Assembly: GCA_964016885.1 (NCBI GenBank)
Contig: OZ024758.1
Coordinates: 5,828,001-5,892,000, forward strand
DNA from: Eledone cirrhosa
Lineage: Eukaryota
DNA: 64,000 nt
Direction: 5' to 3'
The position numbers and the translations under genes are program-made. Under the pieces are notes generated by a model, which saw nothing but the letters and a program-made list of their open reading frames with translations, did no database searches and was not told the DNA's origin. Positions 27,608-40,797 of the stretch are shown here, piece after piece; position 1 is the first letter of the stretch; each line of letters begins with the position of its first letter.

Positions 27608-27769
27608 TGATATCTAGGAATTCCCGACAGCTAAATAAAATGAGTCAGTGTAGAATAGATATTTGTTGGTGTAGGTTATAGTGTATGTGTCTCTGTGTTA
27701 TTAGTTTCCTGTAGAGATCAATGTCTGAAGACTGCCACCCTATTCCTACACTAATATGTCGTCAGTCTC

Positions 27770-28365
27770 GTGGTCCCGGCCGAGAGGATGAAGACATTCC
27801 ACGGGTAACAGTGAGGGAGATGTGTTGCAATAACTACTCCAGTTCACGGGGCTCCCACCTGCAAGCAGCCAACTTCGCTCCGTAGCAGTGAGCAAGGACG
27901 TGGTCCAAGAACCATGAACGCTGGAAGTCATCACTACTATTGGCTCAACCACAAACGTATCAGAGAGCGGTCGATACTTTGACAATTTACCTTCCTCAGC
28001 GAAGCCAGGGCTGGTAGCCGGACATACAAAGTTGCTGCTAGTGAAGGTGTCACATGTAGCATCCCAGCTGAGGTGCCTACCACCGTGGAACGGCATTTAG
28101 CCGTCCTCTCGGTCTAGCTCTGTTGGCTCGATCTGGGAAAGTAAGCCTGCGCTTACCCCCGTGGAACAGGAAGATGTTCATGCCGTCTGGCCTTTAGCCG
28201 TCCCCTCGGTCCAGCCCTGCTGCCTGGAGCTGGGAAAGGAAATCTGCGCCTACCCCAGTGGAACGGGTAGATTTCCATGCTGTCTGGCTTTTAGCCGACC
28301 CCTCGGTCCAGCTCCGCTGGCTTGAGATGGGAAAGAAAGCCTGGGTTGTACACGCCATGCTTTAT
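27770..28365 (-). pseudogene. Second CRE-clade RLE-domain fragment with ~97-bp triplication at its 5' side
   Basis: LSWDATCDTFTSSN...AEEGKLSKYRPLSD.F..EPI; homologous to 24290-25170; TTTAGCCG.CC..CGGTC.AGC at ~28096, 28193, 28290. Confidence 0.85.
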
Positions 28366-29407
28366 GATAACCTAACCACAATCTTCTATATACCCCCAGT
28401 AAATAAAATTTGTGCGTTAAAGATAGAAGAAGAAAGGAGAGGAGAAACAACACTTAATAAATCATTAAAATAGTAAACTTTCAACAGTCTCAAATAAATA
28501 GGAATATATAACAAAACTCCAGCTTCGGATTGAAATTTATGGCACGTTAAAAGTCATCTAATACGTTACAACGGCGGACATCTTAACTCTGCTGTATTAA
28601 AGATAAGACATACAGGAAGTTATTCTAGATTCTAGAATACTGTAAAATTCGTTGCAACAATCATATGACAACAAAATATACAATAAATGTCAGAAATTAA
28701 AGTTTGTTTCAGAGATAATTTTATAATTCAGTCAGATGACTGTTGTTTATGTAAAATTCTCTAAACCCAGTCGTAATATTTTCTGATGTTTATCGTTCAA
28801 AAGAAAATGTATCCTTCACACATTTCTAAATGTGTAGGACGAAACCGAAATGATTTGCGCTGTGCATTTATAAATTAGAACGTATCGCAGCAAAATGTCC
28901 TTCGAGCTAAATACTAGGACTTGTTTGGATAGATACTAAAAGGTAAAACATATTGACAAATACTTGGTGTTGATATTAATGGCACAATATGATGTAACTT
29001 GCATGTGAGACATAGCGGGGTGTTATAGGATTGGTTGCCAAACATAAATATTCTCTTAATATCTTTCTAACAGAAGATAATGAACACAACAAATACGTAT
29101 TATCCGCTAAAACAATTACAATAACACGCATATATATATATATATATATATATGCAGAGGTTATATTTAATTTGTTGGGATTCAACAAGCTTTTTTCTCT
29201 CTCCCTCCCAATATCACCTTCTTCCAACAATTTAATTTAAATAAACCGTTATCTTTTAAACCTTTCGGACACTCATTTGCATACTCAGTCATAACTTTCT
29301 ATCACCCCCAATAAATGTAATATCTCCACTATCCAGGAAGCTCCAACCGTTAAGGTTGTCTTTTTTCAGGGTATGTCAATATTTATTTATAAAACTAATC
29401 TGTATTG

Positions 29408-29472
29408 TATTTTATCTGATGAAAGCGCACCATAATTTGCCTTGGTGGCCCTTGAAATATGTATAATATAAT
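29408..29472 (+). ncRNA. Type I hammerhead ribozyme, family A
   Basis: TATTTTAT-CTGATGA-AAGcGCACCA..TGGTGgCcCTT-GAA-ATATGTAT-A|ATATAATA. Confidence 0.7.
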
Positions 29473-29613
29473 AAAATAAATATGGTTTTATAAATATAGT
29501 TTCCATTTGATAATATATTGTACATATATATATGAATGGATATAAATGGATATATATATATATATAAATGGATATATATATATATATAAATGGATATATA
29601 TATATATATAAAT

Positions 29614-29665
<52 letters not shown>

Positions 29666-29827
29666 GGATATATATATATATATGAATGGATATATATATA
29701 TATATGAATGGATATATATATATATATGAATGGATATATATATATATATGAATGGATATATATATATATATATGAATGGATATATATATATATATATGAA
29801 TGGATATATATATACATATATGAATGG

Positions 29828-29861
<34 letters not shown>

Positions 29862-29917
29862 GAATGGATATATACAAATATATTTATGAGTGTGTAGGTG
29901 TCCATGTATTTCAATAT

Positions 29918-30145
29918 GTGTACGCGAGACAATTCGATGCGACTGTTGTGGGGCGGGTGGGAGTGGCAGCGGTGGAAGACGAAGGCGGAATGGGCGGGGG
30001 AGGGGGGAGATTCCAGACATGAGCAAGCGGCGGGGGAGGGGGATTAATCAAAGCTGATTTCTTCTTCATTCTTCATAGACTAAAAACATTTATATATTTT
30101 CAGTGGAGCTGAACAACAAACCATATAACCGCCATTGTTGGTTCA
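29918..30145. promoter_or_regulatory. Possible GC-box/YY1-type promoter element
   Basis: Local CpG/GC-rich island with GGGGCGGG, GGGCGGGG and CCGCCATT in AT-rich DNA; no linked transcript evidence. Confidence 0.25.
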
Positions 30146-31159
30146 GTGAAATCTGACATTACTCTTGCGTGAGTCAGTCTATGCTATAAACTCAACTGTC
30201 AGTTTTCTTTCTTCTTTGATATTTATATATGTATCTTTCTTATTTTCGTTGTTAATCAAATAGTAACATAAACGCAGTCAACTAAAACACCTGTTGATTA
30301 ATGTTGCAGACCTTTTTTTTTTTTACATAACAAAGAGTCTTCAATTCACTTTACTTTACTTAACCTCAGTCTGTCTATATCTATCTTTCTATCTACCTAG
30401 CTTTTCTATTTAACACACACATATGTATGCCCCCTACACATAATAGTATATAACCCCACCAATTTTACTTAGTGAGGAGGGTAATTTTGGACACCCTGCA
30501 GGACAAAAAACTAAACCTGACAAAGGGCGGAAGAACTCATAAGAGTCAATGGCCATCTGAAAAAGAAAAAAGATCCTGCCAAATCAATGGGTGGCAGTAG
30601 TTCCAGCTGCACCAAAGACTGGTGTAGTGGTTCTGAGAACAATGTGGCTTTGCAGATGATCAATACAAATTGACAATGGAAAGGTGCTCCCGTTCGAGTT
30701 AGAAGAGAACTATTGACCTTCAGGAGGAGCAGCGACCCCTGATTGTATTCAGCAACCGAAACAAATATGAAGTACACCAAATCCAATGCTCCTAGGGGAG
30801 GCCCTGGTTCTTCTTATTTGCGAGGGTAAACTCAGCCAGATTAGATTAGATTTGATTAAATTTGGTCGCACAATATTTCGTAATAGTATCTATTTTGTGA
30901 TAATTCATGTTTTTTGTAGAATGAATAATCCGTCATCACGATATAAATCTAATTCTTAGACTGAAGAATTTATTTCTACTAAATCGCTTCGCGTCTTATA
31001 TGTCCAATCTTTCAGCGATACACAGACCGTGGGGAGATATTTCTTTTTAAAATTATATTTTTAAGTTCTTCATTTTATTTAAAAAAAACATTTCTGTTTT
31101 ATCTTTAACTAAACCATTCTTTACAGAGAGCTTGTAGTTTGTACTTTATTATTTCATTT

Positions 31160-31283
31160 TACGGCCCTTTGTGGTCTGAGTTCAAATTCCGCCGAGGTTA
31201 ACTTTGCCTTTCATCCTTACGGGGTCGATAAAATAAAATACACTGGGATAATTGCTGGCCTTGTGCCTAAAGTAGAAACAATT
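31160..31283 (+). mobile_element. 5'-truncated SINE copy
   Basis: B-box to tail. Confidence 0.85.
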
Positions 31284-32297
31284 ATTTCATTATATATAGG
31301 TCAAACTAATTAGTGTGTCTATGCTTTATCCAAAACATTTTTGTAGACACACTATGATATGATATCCATTATATCAGATGCAGTGTTAGTTATATCCTAT
31401 CTATATCAGATTTATGATAGTAAATTCGTAATGCAATAGGCTCTTCACTTCACTTAATTTCTAATTTATCATATTAAAACTGTTGTCCATGACTACTATG
31501 GCTATTTACCTCAATACAAACAATAACATTCTAGTTTCGAAACCGAAGGAGATGTTTTATATGTATTTATAACCACATTTGCTCATTAGAGCGTATTAAC
31601 TTGTCTGACTCGCCAAGTTTACTTATCAGAGCTTTAAATTTGGGTCGTTTCTCATTCATAGTAGATTTGTAACTGAATTATGAGGCTTTTTATACAAAAA
31701 ACAGGAAAATGCTTTGATGTTATTTATTTTTTATGTGAAATTTTATTCAATGAAGGAGAAAATAAATATATGATCAGCTGAATAACTTCGAACAGGTTGA
31801 CAGCTTTGGCAGTTCGACTCAACAGATTTTAACTCTATCGAACAAAAAAAATTAAAATAAAGGTAACTCTACCGGAACAGCTTTGGCATGCAGTTTATAT
31901 GTATGTGGGTTGTTGTTGTTTAACCCTAGGTCAACCCTGATAAGCAGGTCTATAATATGCGACATTCAAGTTGAGAGCATCTGAACATTTTAGAGGTATA
32001 CAACATATTATTTCCTAATTTCAGACAGTATGATGTGATTTGAGTAAGATGTAGCTGCTACTTCTAAAATGTCGAGTCACCACGTAGAAGATCATCGTTG
32101 GATCAGATTTAAATTGGTTCCAACAGTAAGGAAAACGTACTACTATAGGTAATGGGTGGTTAAATTTAACTGCTGAATTCCATTTATCTTGTAGCGCAGG
32201 ACTTATCCTTATTTCAATGTAGAATAAACATATATTGTATAACACCATATTCTGCTGACAAAAACAAACCAGAAAAGATTGTAAAATTTGGCTCATT

Positions 32298-32524
32298 TGG
32301 CCGGTGCTTATCTCAGTTTCCATGGCGACTGAGTGTACAAGACTACCCCCTGGACAGGACGCCAGTCCATCGCAAAGTTAAACCCCCAGCTATTACTGGT
32401 ACTCATTTTTAGGTGAGTATACTTTTAGCAACGTGAAATGAAATCTTTTGCTGAAGAACACATCCAGGAATCGAACCCACGACGTCATGTCCGTAAGTCC
32501 AACACACTTACCACTAGGCCACGC
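32298..32524 (-). mobile_element. CORE-type tRNA SINE, second subfamily (copies at 38567-38765 + and 54683-54900 +)
   Basis: GTGGCCTAGTGGTAAG A box, GGGTTCGATTCC B box, ATTTCACGTTGCT, GACTGGCGTCCTGTCCAGGG. Confidence 0.8.
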
Positions 32525-32819
32525 TCTTCCTCTGGTTGTCAGCATATATAAAAATATAAACATGTATAAATATATACCTATATGTTTATATGTGTAATCA
32601 CGTGAATCTTAATCATTATATATAACACATCCATAACGCAATAAAGATGAGTTTCAATGTAGAATATATATATATACAGGTGTTCCCCCAAAATGTATAC
32701 ATACTTTGATTAGAATGCTGTTGAAGTGTGTATACATTTTTGGGACACCCTGTAGTATACACACACACACACGCATATATATATATATATATATATTAAT
32801 ATATATGTGTATGTGTATG

Positions 32820-32853
<34 letters not shown>

Positions 32854-32945
32854 GTGGCCCAAAAATGTATACACACTTCGACAGCATTCTAATCAATGTG
32901 TGTATACATTTTTCGGGGACATACTATATATGTATGTATTATATG

Positions 32946-32990
<45 letters not shown>

Positions 32991-33344
32991 TATATATCTG
33001 TACTATATCAGATGTTTGAGATAGATAATCAGTCTGCTGAAGAAGCTACCGGTATGGTGCTATATCTAAGATATATTCTAGATAAGCAGTTGAAGTGTTG
33101 TAATAACAGTGTTATATCATTAGATGAGATTCCTCAATGGGATGCAATTGTCTATATCTAAGAAAACAAAACTTGCTCTGTTACCGTTCAGGTCAAAATA
33201 CTTTGTGAAATGGGCTTCTTATGGGTTCTATTATATCTTGCTGTTTAGGGGGGGGGGGGGGGGGTTTCTATTATATCTTGCTGTTTAGGGGGGTTCTATT
33301 ATATCTTGCTGTTTAGGGGGTTCTATTATATTTTGCTGTTTAGG

Positions 33345-33541
33345 GGTGGTGGATTGGCAGTATCGGTAGAGGGTCGGACGGCATGCTTTGCAGCATAGAG
33401 TTACGGCCCTTTATGGTCTGAGTTCAAATCCCGCCGAGGTTAACTTTGCCAGTAAAGTACCAGTAATGCACTGGGATCGATTTAATCGACTTTCCCACCC
33501 CCCCATAATTGCTGGACTTGTGCCTATATAAGAAACCATTA
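33345..33541 (+). mobile_element. SINE copy with internal deletion, preceded by 27-bp tandem repeat (33224-33345)
   Basis: Head, B-box and long tail; GGTTCTATTATATCTTGCTGTTTAGG x4; ATTATATCTTGCTGT also follows the SINE (possible TSD). Confidence 0.85.
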
Positions 33542-33599
33542 TATCTTGCTGTGTCTGTGTTGGAACTGTGGTAGGTGTGTGTGTGTGTAGTGTGTATGT

Positions 33600-33638
<39 letters not shown>

Positions 33639-33747
33639 TATTCAACGTCTTCTGTCTATATGTGTATATAAAACTTTCTTGCTTGCTTTCTTTCTTTGTA
33701 TCTTATACACACAAATGCACACACACACACATGTGTGTGTAGACATG

Positions 33748-33780
<33 letters not shown>

Positions 33781-33989
33781 GTACATACATATACATAGAT
33801 ATACACATACACACACCTATCTATCTATCTATCCATACATACACACACATATATCTATTTATCTATACATACATACAGATACACACACACACCTATATAT
33901 ATATATCTCTCTCTCTCTCTCTCTCTCCCTCATATATATATATATGTATGTGTGTGTGTGTGCACATACAAATACATAGAAACACAGAA

Positions 33990-34025
<36 letters not shown>

Positions 34026-34099
34026 CGAAGGAAATGTGGTAAGGAACCAGGTGGACCATAACGCACCAAAGTACTCAATACTTGAGGTAGTAGAGTGGG

Positions 34100-34151
<52 letters not shown>

Positions 34152-34289
34152 GTGTGTACATACATATACATAGAAACACAGAAAGATATATATATATATA
34201 TATATACATCGAGAGCTTTATGAGAGAATTGGAGCTAAAACTCCAAGGCCACAGAACGTTGCACACAGCCAATATATATAATTATATAT

Positions 34290-34924
34290 AATTGTTTCTA
34301 CTTTAGGCACAAGGCCAGCAATTACCCAGTGCATTACTGGTACTTTATTTTATCGACCCCGTAAGGATGAAAGGCAAAGTCAACCTCGGCTGGATTTGAA
34401 CTCAGATCGTAAAGGGACGTAACTATGCTGGAAAGCATGACGTCCGACCCTCTACCGATACTGCCAATCCACCACCCTAGCATGGTGTCCAACCCTCTAC
34501 CGGTACTGCCAATCCACCACCCTAGCATGGCGTCCGACCCTCCACCGATACTGCCAATCCACCACCCTAGCATGACGTCCGACCCTCTACCGATACTGCC
34601 AATCCACCACCCTAGCATGGCGTCCGACCCACTACCGATACTGCCAATCCACCACCCTAGCATGACGTCCGACCCTCTACCGATACTGCCAATCCACCAC
34701 CCTAGCATGGCGTCCGACCCTCTACCGATACTGCCAATCCACCACCCTAGCATGACGTCCGACCCTCTACCGATACTGCCAATCCACCACCCTAGCATGG
34801 CGTCCGACCCTCTACCGATACTGCCAATCCACCACCCTAGCATGGCGTCCGACCCTCTACCGATACTGCCAATCCACCACCCTAGCATGGCGTCCGACCC
34901 TCTACCGATACTGCCAATCCACCG
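34290..34924 (-). mobile_element. SINE with 11 x 45-bp tandem array of its 5' (A-box) head
   Basis: GCATGGCGTCCGACCCTCTACCGATACTGCCAATCCACCACCCTA from 34435 in 45-bp steps. Confidence 0.95.
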
Positions 34925-35480
34925 TTATAATATTATATTATACTATATTATATTACATGCTCACAAATTAGCTTTACCAACAAATTGCAAGAGATAATCT
35001 AGGGTGTTTATTGTGTATATTAGCGTAGGTTACGTGACATCCTATTAGTAGTGCTTCATGGCCGGATGCAATCCTGAAATGAGGGTAGTTTGCAGGATAC
35101 CACCAGGGGGTAGAATAAGATATATAGCTGTGTATGTATGTTAGAAAGAGGGTTAGAGAATGTGTGTGTGTGGGGGGGGGGGGGGGGCTGATTTATCTAA
35201 CACATCTGCCAATGAAAACAACCTTTTGCATTCAGTGATTTTAGCGATATTCTTCTGTTAGGGGACCCGACTTATCTATCCCCGTCACAGTGTACACACC
35301 TGTCGATATTATGTTTACGTATATATATACACCTATAATTATTTAATTGTATCAACATTCATTCTTTTAGTTTCCAAGTAGATCTATTTTCAGACGACTA
35401 ATCTCACGTAATAATTATTGCTGTTACCTGCCTATATCACAAGAATTTTGCTCAAGATCACAACCCTTGTTGCTAAAATC

Positions 35481-35919
35481 AAAATCCCTGCATATGATTT
35501 TTAGCTATGTACTTTTTCCATGGACTTTTTTAAAGCCCCCTCGTATATAGAGAAATTGCATCTACAGGACTAGAACTGGTTCATTTATTGCTGTTACCTA
35601 TCAAAATCTCTTAAGAAATGGAAATATTGGAGAAGTTAGTCCTAAGTATATATAACACCTGAAAACATCAAAACAAACTCCCAAAAGTGTTAAATCAGAA
35701 GCTCTGAAAGTGGACGCCACAGTTAAAGAAGGTACTGAATATGTTGGTAGAGTATAGGCATCTATGTATTATATAAAAATGATATCTACAGGACTAGACC
35801 TGTTTCATTCATATGAAATCATATAAATGATTAGTTCTAGTTCTGTAGATGCCATTTCTCTATATATTTAAAAAGTTCGTGGTAAAAGTACATAGCTAAA
35901 AATCATATGAAGGGATTTT
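35481..35919. mobile_element. Fold-back/MITE-like element with ~100-bp inverted termini
   Basis: AAAATCCCTGCATATGATTTTTAGCTATGTACTTTT... versus ...AAAAGTACATAGCTAAAAATCATATGAAGGGATTTT. Confidence 0.75.
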
Positions 35920-35995
35920 CATCTAAATGTTCCTGTACCTTCTCGTACTAACGTGTCATAACATGTAATATGAACCCTTAAATGCATGTTGCAAC

Positions 35996-36151
35996 ATGGC
36001 GGCGGCAGTCGGAAGTCAGCATCCGTTTGAGTGACATGGCTGCCGTCAAAACATCAAATTCATGGTGAAGCTAGGGTGGAAGAGGAGCCAAATCATTCAG
36101 GGTCTGGAGCAAGTTTATGGGGACAATACCTCAAAGTTATCAACAATATAA
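35996..36151 (+). pseudogene. N-terminal fragment of Hsmar2-like (irritans subfamily) mariner transposase
   Basis: NIKFMVKLGWKRSQIIQGLEQVYGDNTSK matches my recollection of Hsmar2 NIKFMVKLGWKNGEI.DALRKVYGDNAPK; in-frame stops; interrupted by MITE. Confidence 0.85.
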
Positions 36152-36308
36152 AGTGTCGCCCCAAAATGTATGCAGACTTTTATTAGAATGCTGTTGAAGT
36201 GTGTATACATTTTTGGGGGGACACACTATATAGGCACACACACAGATAAATGTGTCTAAATGCGCGCATGTGTGTGTGTGTGTGTATGTGTGATTAATCT
36301 TTATGTTA

Positions 36309-36488
36309 TAATTGTTTCTACTTTAGGCACAAGGCCAGCAATCACCCAGTGCATTACTGGTACTTTATTTTATCGACCCCGTAAGGATGAAAGGCAAAGT
36401 CAACCTCGGCGGGATTTGAACTCAGATCATAAAGGGACGTAACTATGCTGGAAAGCATGGCGTCCGACCCTCTACCGATACTCCCAAT
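36309..36488 (-). mobile_element. SINE copy
   Basis: Near-consensus reverse complement. Confidence 0.9.
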
Positions 36489-36990
36489 GTTATAATATCT
36501 TGTGATCTTAAAGAAAGTCTTAGAAATTTAATATCTTCCCGGAAACATTGGCTCAGCTCTTCCCACAAACCGAAATCCCTTAAACGAGAATAATGAGAAG
36601 AACGAGATGTCAGTTTGAAATCTCAGAACTTTAAGACAATAATCCGACCATTTGATGAGTTCATTGTTCACAGTTGAAAACAAGAAAAATAAACAACAAA
36701 TAAAATATAGAGATATATAAAACAAATATATAATATTACTACATTTTTCCTTAATATATATATGTGTGTGCGTGTGTGTGTGTGGGGGGGGGTCTGTGGT
36801 GTGTGTATATGTGTGTGCGTGTCTTTGTGGTGTGTATATAAGTGTGTGGGCGTGTCTGGTGTGTGTATGTATGTCTACGTGAGTGTGTGTGTGTGTTTGA
36901 GTATGAATGTCTACGTGCGTGTATGTGTTGGAGTATGTATGTCTACGTACGGATGTGTGTGAGTATGTGACCATGTGTGTGAGAATGTGA

Positions 36991-37023
<33 letters not shown>

Positions 37024-37798
37024 AAAGCCAGATTAAATAAAAAGAAAATATTTAGCTAGCCTCTGTGGGGGATTAAGAGTTTCTTTTAAAGGTGGGTTTT
37101 TTTATTAAATGAAATATTATCCGATACCACTTCAGATTGGGAAGGGAAACAGTCTAATAAGGATATTATATCTGACTGGATATATGTGTGTGTGTTTGAG
37201 TGTGTGAGTGTTTGTGCGTGTGTTTGAGTGTAAGTGTGTGCGTGTGTGTGTTTGAGTGAGTGCTTTTGAAAAGCATAAGAACTGCGAAACCAGCAAAGGA
37301 AACAAATAACTATTCTTAAAAAGCCTCCAGTTGCATTTTCTATTTCTTTTCCTTATATATATATAAGATGGGCTTCCGAAAGGTTTCCGTCTACATAATG
37401 TCTCTTGCAAGACACTGGTCAATCCTGAGGCTGCAGTAGAAAAGATTTGCCTGTGTTACCATGCAGTAGGACTGAACCTGAAAATAGACGCTCTATCGAT
37501 TCTGCCAATCCCCCGCCCTCACATCTGAACGCTAATGATAAAAACAAACATACTTCCCTTTATGTAAAACACGAAACAATGAATTTTCGAGAGTATATGC
37601 TTTGTGTATGTAATAGGTGATAATTGCTGAATTAGAGGACTTCGCCGTAACTTTGATTAAGCAAAGTAGTTTAATAATAATGGAGCGTATAAAGACACTG
37701 AACGGAAAAAGATGGGCAGCAACACATGTAGGAGTCGAACTCATACCTCTTGCTTGCTGAAAAAGAGCACTACCATTACACCCTTTATTATTAGATTA

Positions 37799-38020
37799 AG
37801 GCGGTGGATTGGAAGTATAGGTAGAGCGCCGGACACCATACTTTGCAGCATAGACTTACGGCCCTTTACGTTCTGAGTTCAAATCCCGCTTAGGTTAGCT
37901 TTGTCTTTCATCCTTACGGAGTCGATAAAATAAAGCACCAGTCACGCTTTGGAGTCGACTTAATCGATCCCCCACCCTAAAAAAAAAAGAATTGCTGGCC
38001 TTGTGCCTATAGTAAAAATT
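37799..38020 (+). mobile_element. Full-length SINE copy, long-tail type
   Basis: Head, B-box, central domain, tail. Confidence 0.88.
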
Positions 38021-38909
38021 ATTATTAGATTATTTTATTTAGTCAAAGTTACGGCAATGTCTTCTAATTCAATTTTCAAACTCTGCTCGCTGCTTTCTAA
38101 ACATACGTATTTGATAAAACCAGAATTTCAGGATAAAAAGCAGAAGATGACAGGATTCAAATGGGGATCATAGGTGGCATACAATCATTTGAGCATCATG
38201 AGAAAGAATTATAATATTTTTGATCAGTGATCCGAAGTTTAATGGATGCATTGAATTTATTCAACAGCTGGAAATGGTTTCTAAATGTCAGATGTTTGAA
38301 ACAATCTAAATTGGGAATGATATCGATGTCATATGTTGATATAATATATAATGAATAATATATAAATAAAATATTGTGGACATAAGTGTGTACCATGAAA
38401 AGGTTAAACATTTGGTAAAACGTGTGTGTGTATGTATGTAGTAGTAGTGGTAGTAGTAGTAGTAGTGGTGGTATTATGCCAGCCATTACATCAACAAAAA
38501 TTGCTGAGGAGGTTAAAATGGAAGGTTCTGAAAGTATTTATAACATTGGCCTAATAAAAAAAAAAGTGGCCTAGTGGTAAGGGTGTTGGACTTATGATCA
38601 TAATGTCGTGGGTTCGATTTCTGAACTGGGTTGTGTGTTGTGTTTTTGAACAAAACACTTTATTTCACGTTGCTCCAGTATACTCAGCTGAAGATGAGTG
38701 CCCGCAATAGCTGGAGGTTTAACCTTGCGATAGACTGGCATCCTGTCCAGGGGAGAGACAGTCCTAAACTCTCAGTCACTTTATGCCACAGCAACCAGGA
38801 TAAGTTGATACTAGTATTAAGACCAGTAGTCTTTAGTCATTTTTATTTTATTTGATGCAAGTGAAAAAGAGATATTTTCATAACATAAGAAAGGGGTTTG
38901 AAAGGTTCA

Positions 38910-39094
38910 TAGGGGGAGGGGAAAGTCGTTTAAACCGACCCCAGTCTGTTACTGGTACTTTATTTTATCGACCCCGTAAGGATGAAATGCAAAGCTAACC
39001 TCGGCGGAATTTGAACACAGAATTTAAAAGGACGTAACTATATGCCACAAAGCATGGTGTCCGACGCTCTACTGATTCTGGCAATCCACCGCCT
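38910..39094 (-). mobile_element. SINE copy
   Basis: Reverse complement of consensus. Confidence 0.85.
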
Positions 39095-39452
39095 TCAAGT
39101 AAGAGATAATAGAACTGCGATTCTTAAGAGTGAATAAGGTGTACTAACTCATGGACATCAAATACAGGAAATAAATATCGATAATGAAGAGAATAAAGAA
39201 TAATACGAGAGTCCATTAAACTTACTTTGACAACTGATACAGGAATAAACAAGACATCTTGTTAGACATAATTCTTGAATAACGAAAAGAATTAAACAAA
39301 TCCGTTTTAGGTAGATGTGATATTATTGTCATGCTAATATTAGTATCTGTGTTTTGTGTGTGATTTTGTTTATTTACGGTAACTACAAGTTCGATACGGT
39401 TACTATAGCATTGATAAAACTTTGGAAGATAAAGGATCACATTTAACTACGG

Positions 39453-39646
39453 CAGACCTGTGAAATCTCCCCCCTCCAACGGAAAGATCTTCCACTCACT
39501 TTGGGGTGGGTGAAGATGTCTTCTCTTGTGAAAATGGGTATAGCTTTCATTATTTAAAAACTCCCCATTTTGCCTCATTTCTCCCTTTTGGGTCACTTTT
39601 TTTCAGGGTACTCCTCATTGGGGTTTTTTGAGGTTGGCAGGTCTGT
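39453..39646. mobile_element. Short hAT-like MITE flanked by ~125-bp direct duplication
   Basis: CAGACCTG...CAGGTCTG termini; 39325-39453 repeated at 39645-39765. Confidence 0.55.
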
Positions 39647-40602
39647 TGTTATGTTAATATTAGTATCTGATTTTTGCGAGTGATTTTGTTATTTACGGTA
39701 GCTACAAATTTGATATAACAGCATTGGTAAGACTTTGGAAAATAAAAGATCCCATTCGACTACGGCTATACTTGTATGTGGCTCTTTTCTTAAAAAATAA
39801 TATATTTTGCATAATTTTCTTCTCTTCAGTATCCCCAACATTCATATTTTTTCAGCATTTATATCTTTCTTCAGTGTACCTCGTATTTGAGTAAGCACAG
39901 TACAATACTGAACTCATCCTTTTTGTCCTTCATATTTCATGTAAAAGCTTCTTAAGCTCAGATTAGATTTTTCAGAATTAATGATTAGTGATGGATTTAA
40001 TTTGTTTAGCAAATGAAGCAGTCTTGACCTTCACTTTAATATTCAATTAACAGGTAAAATTCTCAGATGATCTAGTGCCCATAGATGATAACTAAACTGA
40101 AGCTAATAGAGCCTAAACGTGCTGCCTAAAACCTACAATGAAATACCTGCAATGGATTTGAAATCGTGTCCTGTGGGGTGCTAGACGACAAGCAATGCAC
40201 ACACACCCACTTCATTTTTACAACTTTCATCTAGTGAAGAACAACATTTCTTTTTAAATAAAGGATGAAAAATAAAAACAACCACAACAAACAATCACGT
40301 TTAGCTAAGTAATTAGCATTTCTCGCGTACGTTTACAAACATTTAAACATTTTTTGAAGATGGGCGTTTCCAGCTTGTAAAAATAACATATTTTGCTAAC
40401 TAGTGAAACATATCATCAGTTTTAACAAGGCAAATGTCTTAATACATTTCAAGGATGGTAAGAAATTGAGACGATAGGAAGTGTAAACCCTTCTCAAATA
40501 TATCATTAGGGTGTGTGGAGTGTTAGAAATCTGGGATTGGAACTGTACCAGTCATTACTTTCATTTTTGTTCCAAAACCTCCGAGAAAAATAGTAGAAAA
40601 TG

Positions 40603-40797
40603 CGAGGGTCGGCTGAGAGATTCATAGGCTGACTGTGAAGGAATGATGCTAGAGCTGAGAAATCTTGCATACATTGATTTCAGCTTTTCTTATTAATAAC
40701 TGCATTGTTTCTTTTCAGGGATTATGTTGAAAAATAAAACTTATTTGGTCATTCCATGAGAGTATCTTGGTCAGCTTATGTGTCAGCCGACCCTCGT
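40603..40797. mobile_element. Mariner-type MITE (shorter copy at 60796-60885)
   Basis: CGAGGGTCGGCTGA...TCAGCCGACCCTCG-TA TIRs; shared internal TTCCATGAGAGTATCTT. Confidence 0.8.

Noticed and set aside
28810-28850. Hairpin followed by GACGAAAC (similar case at 54294-54330)
   Set aside because: No CUGANGA upstream and no second copy in the window to support it
30500-30830. Coding-like unique island
   Set aside because: All plus frames have stops, there are no clear splice pairs and I recognise no homology
33030-33110. CTGAAGA with long hairpin-rich insert then GAAG, in a TA-adjacent module
   Set aside because: The core is GAAG rather than GAAA and stems I and III are unconvincing; possibly a decayed ribozyme but unsupported
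35992-36017. AACATGGCGGC (YY1-like) plus CGGAAGT (ETS-like) promoter signature
   Set aside because: It is the in-frame start of the mariner transposase fragment
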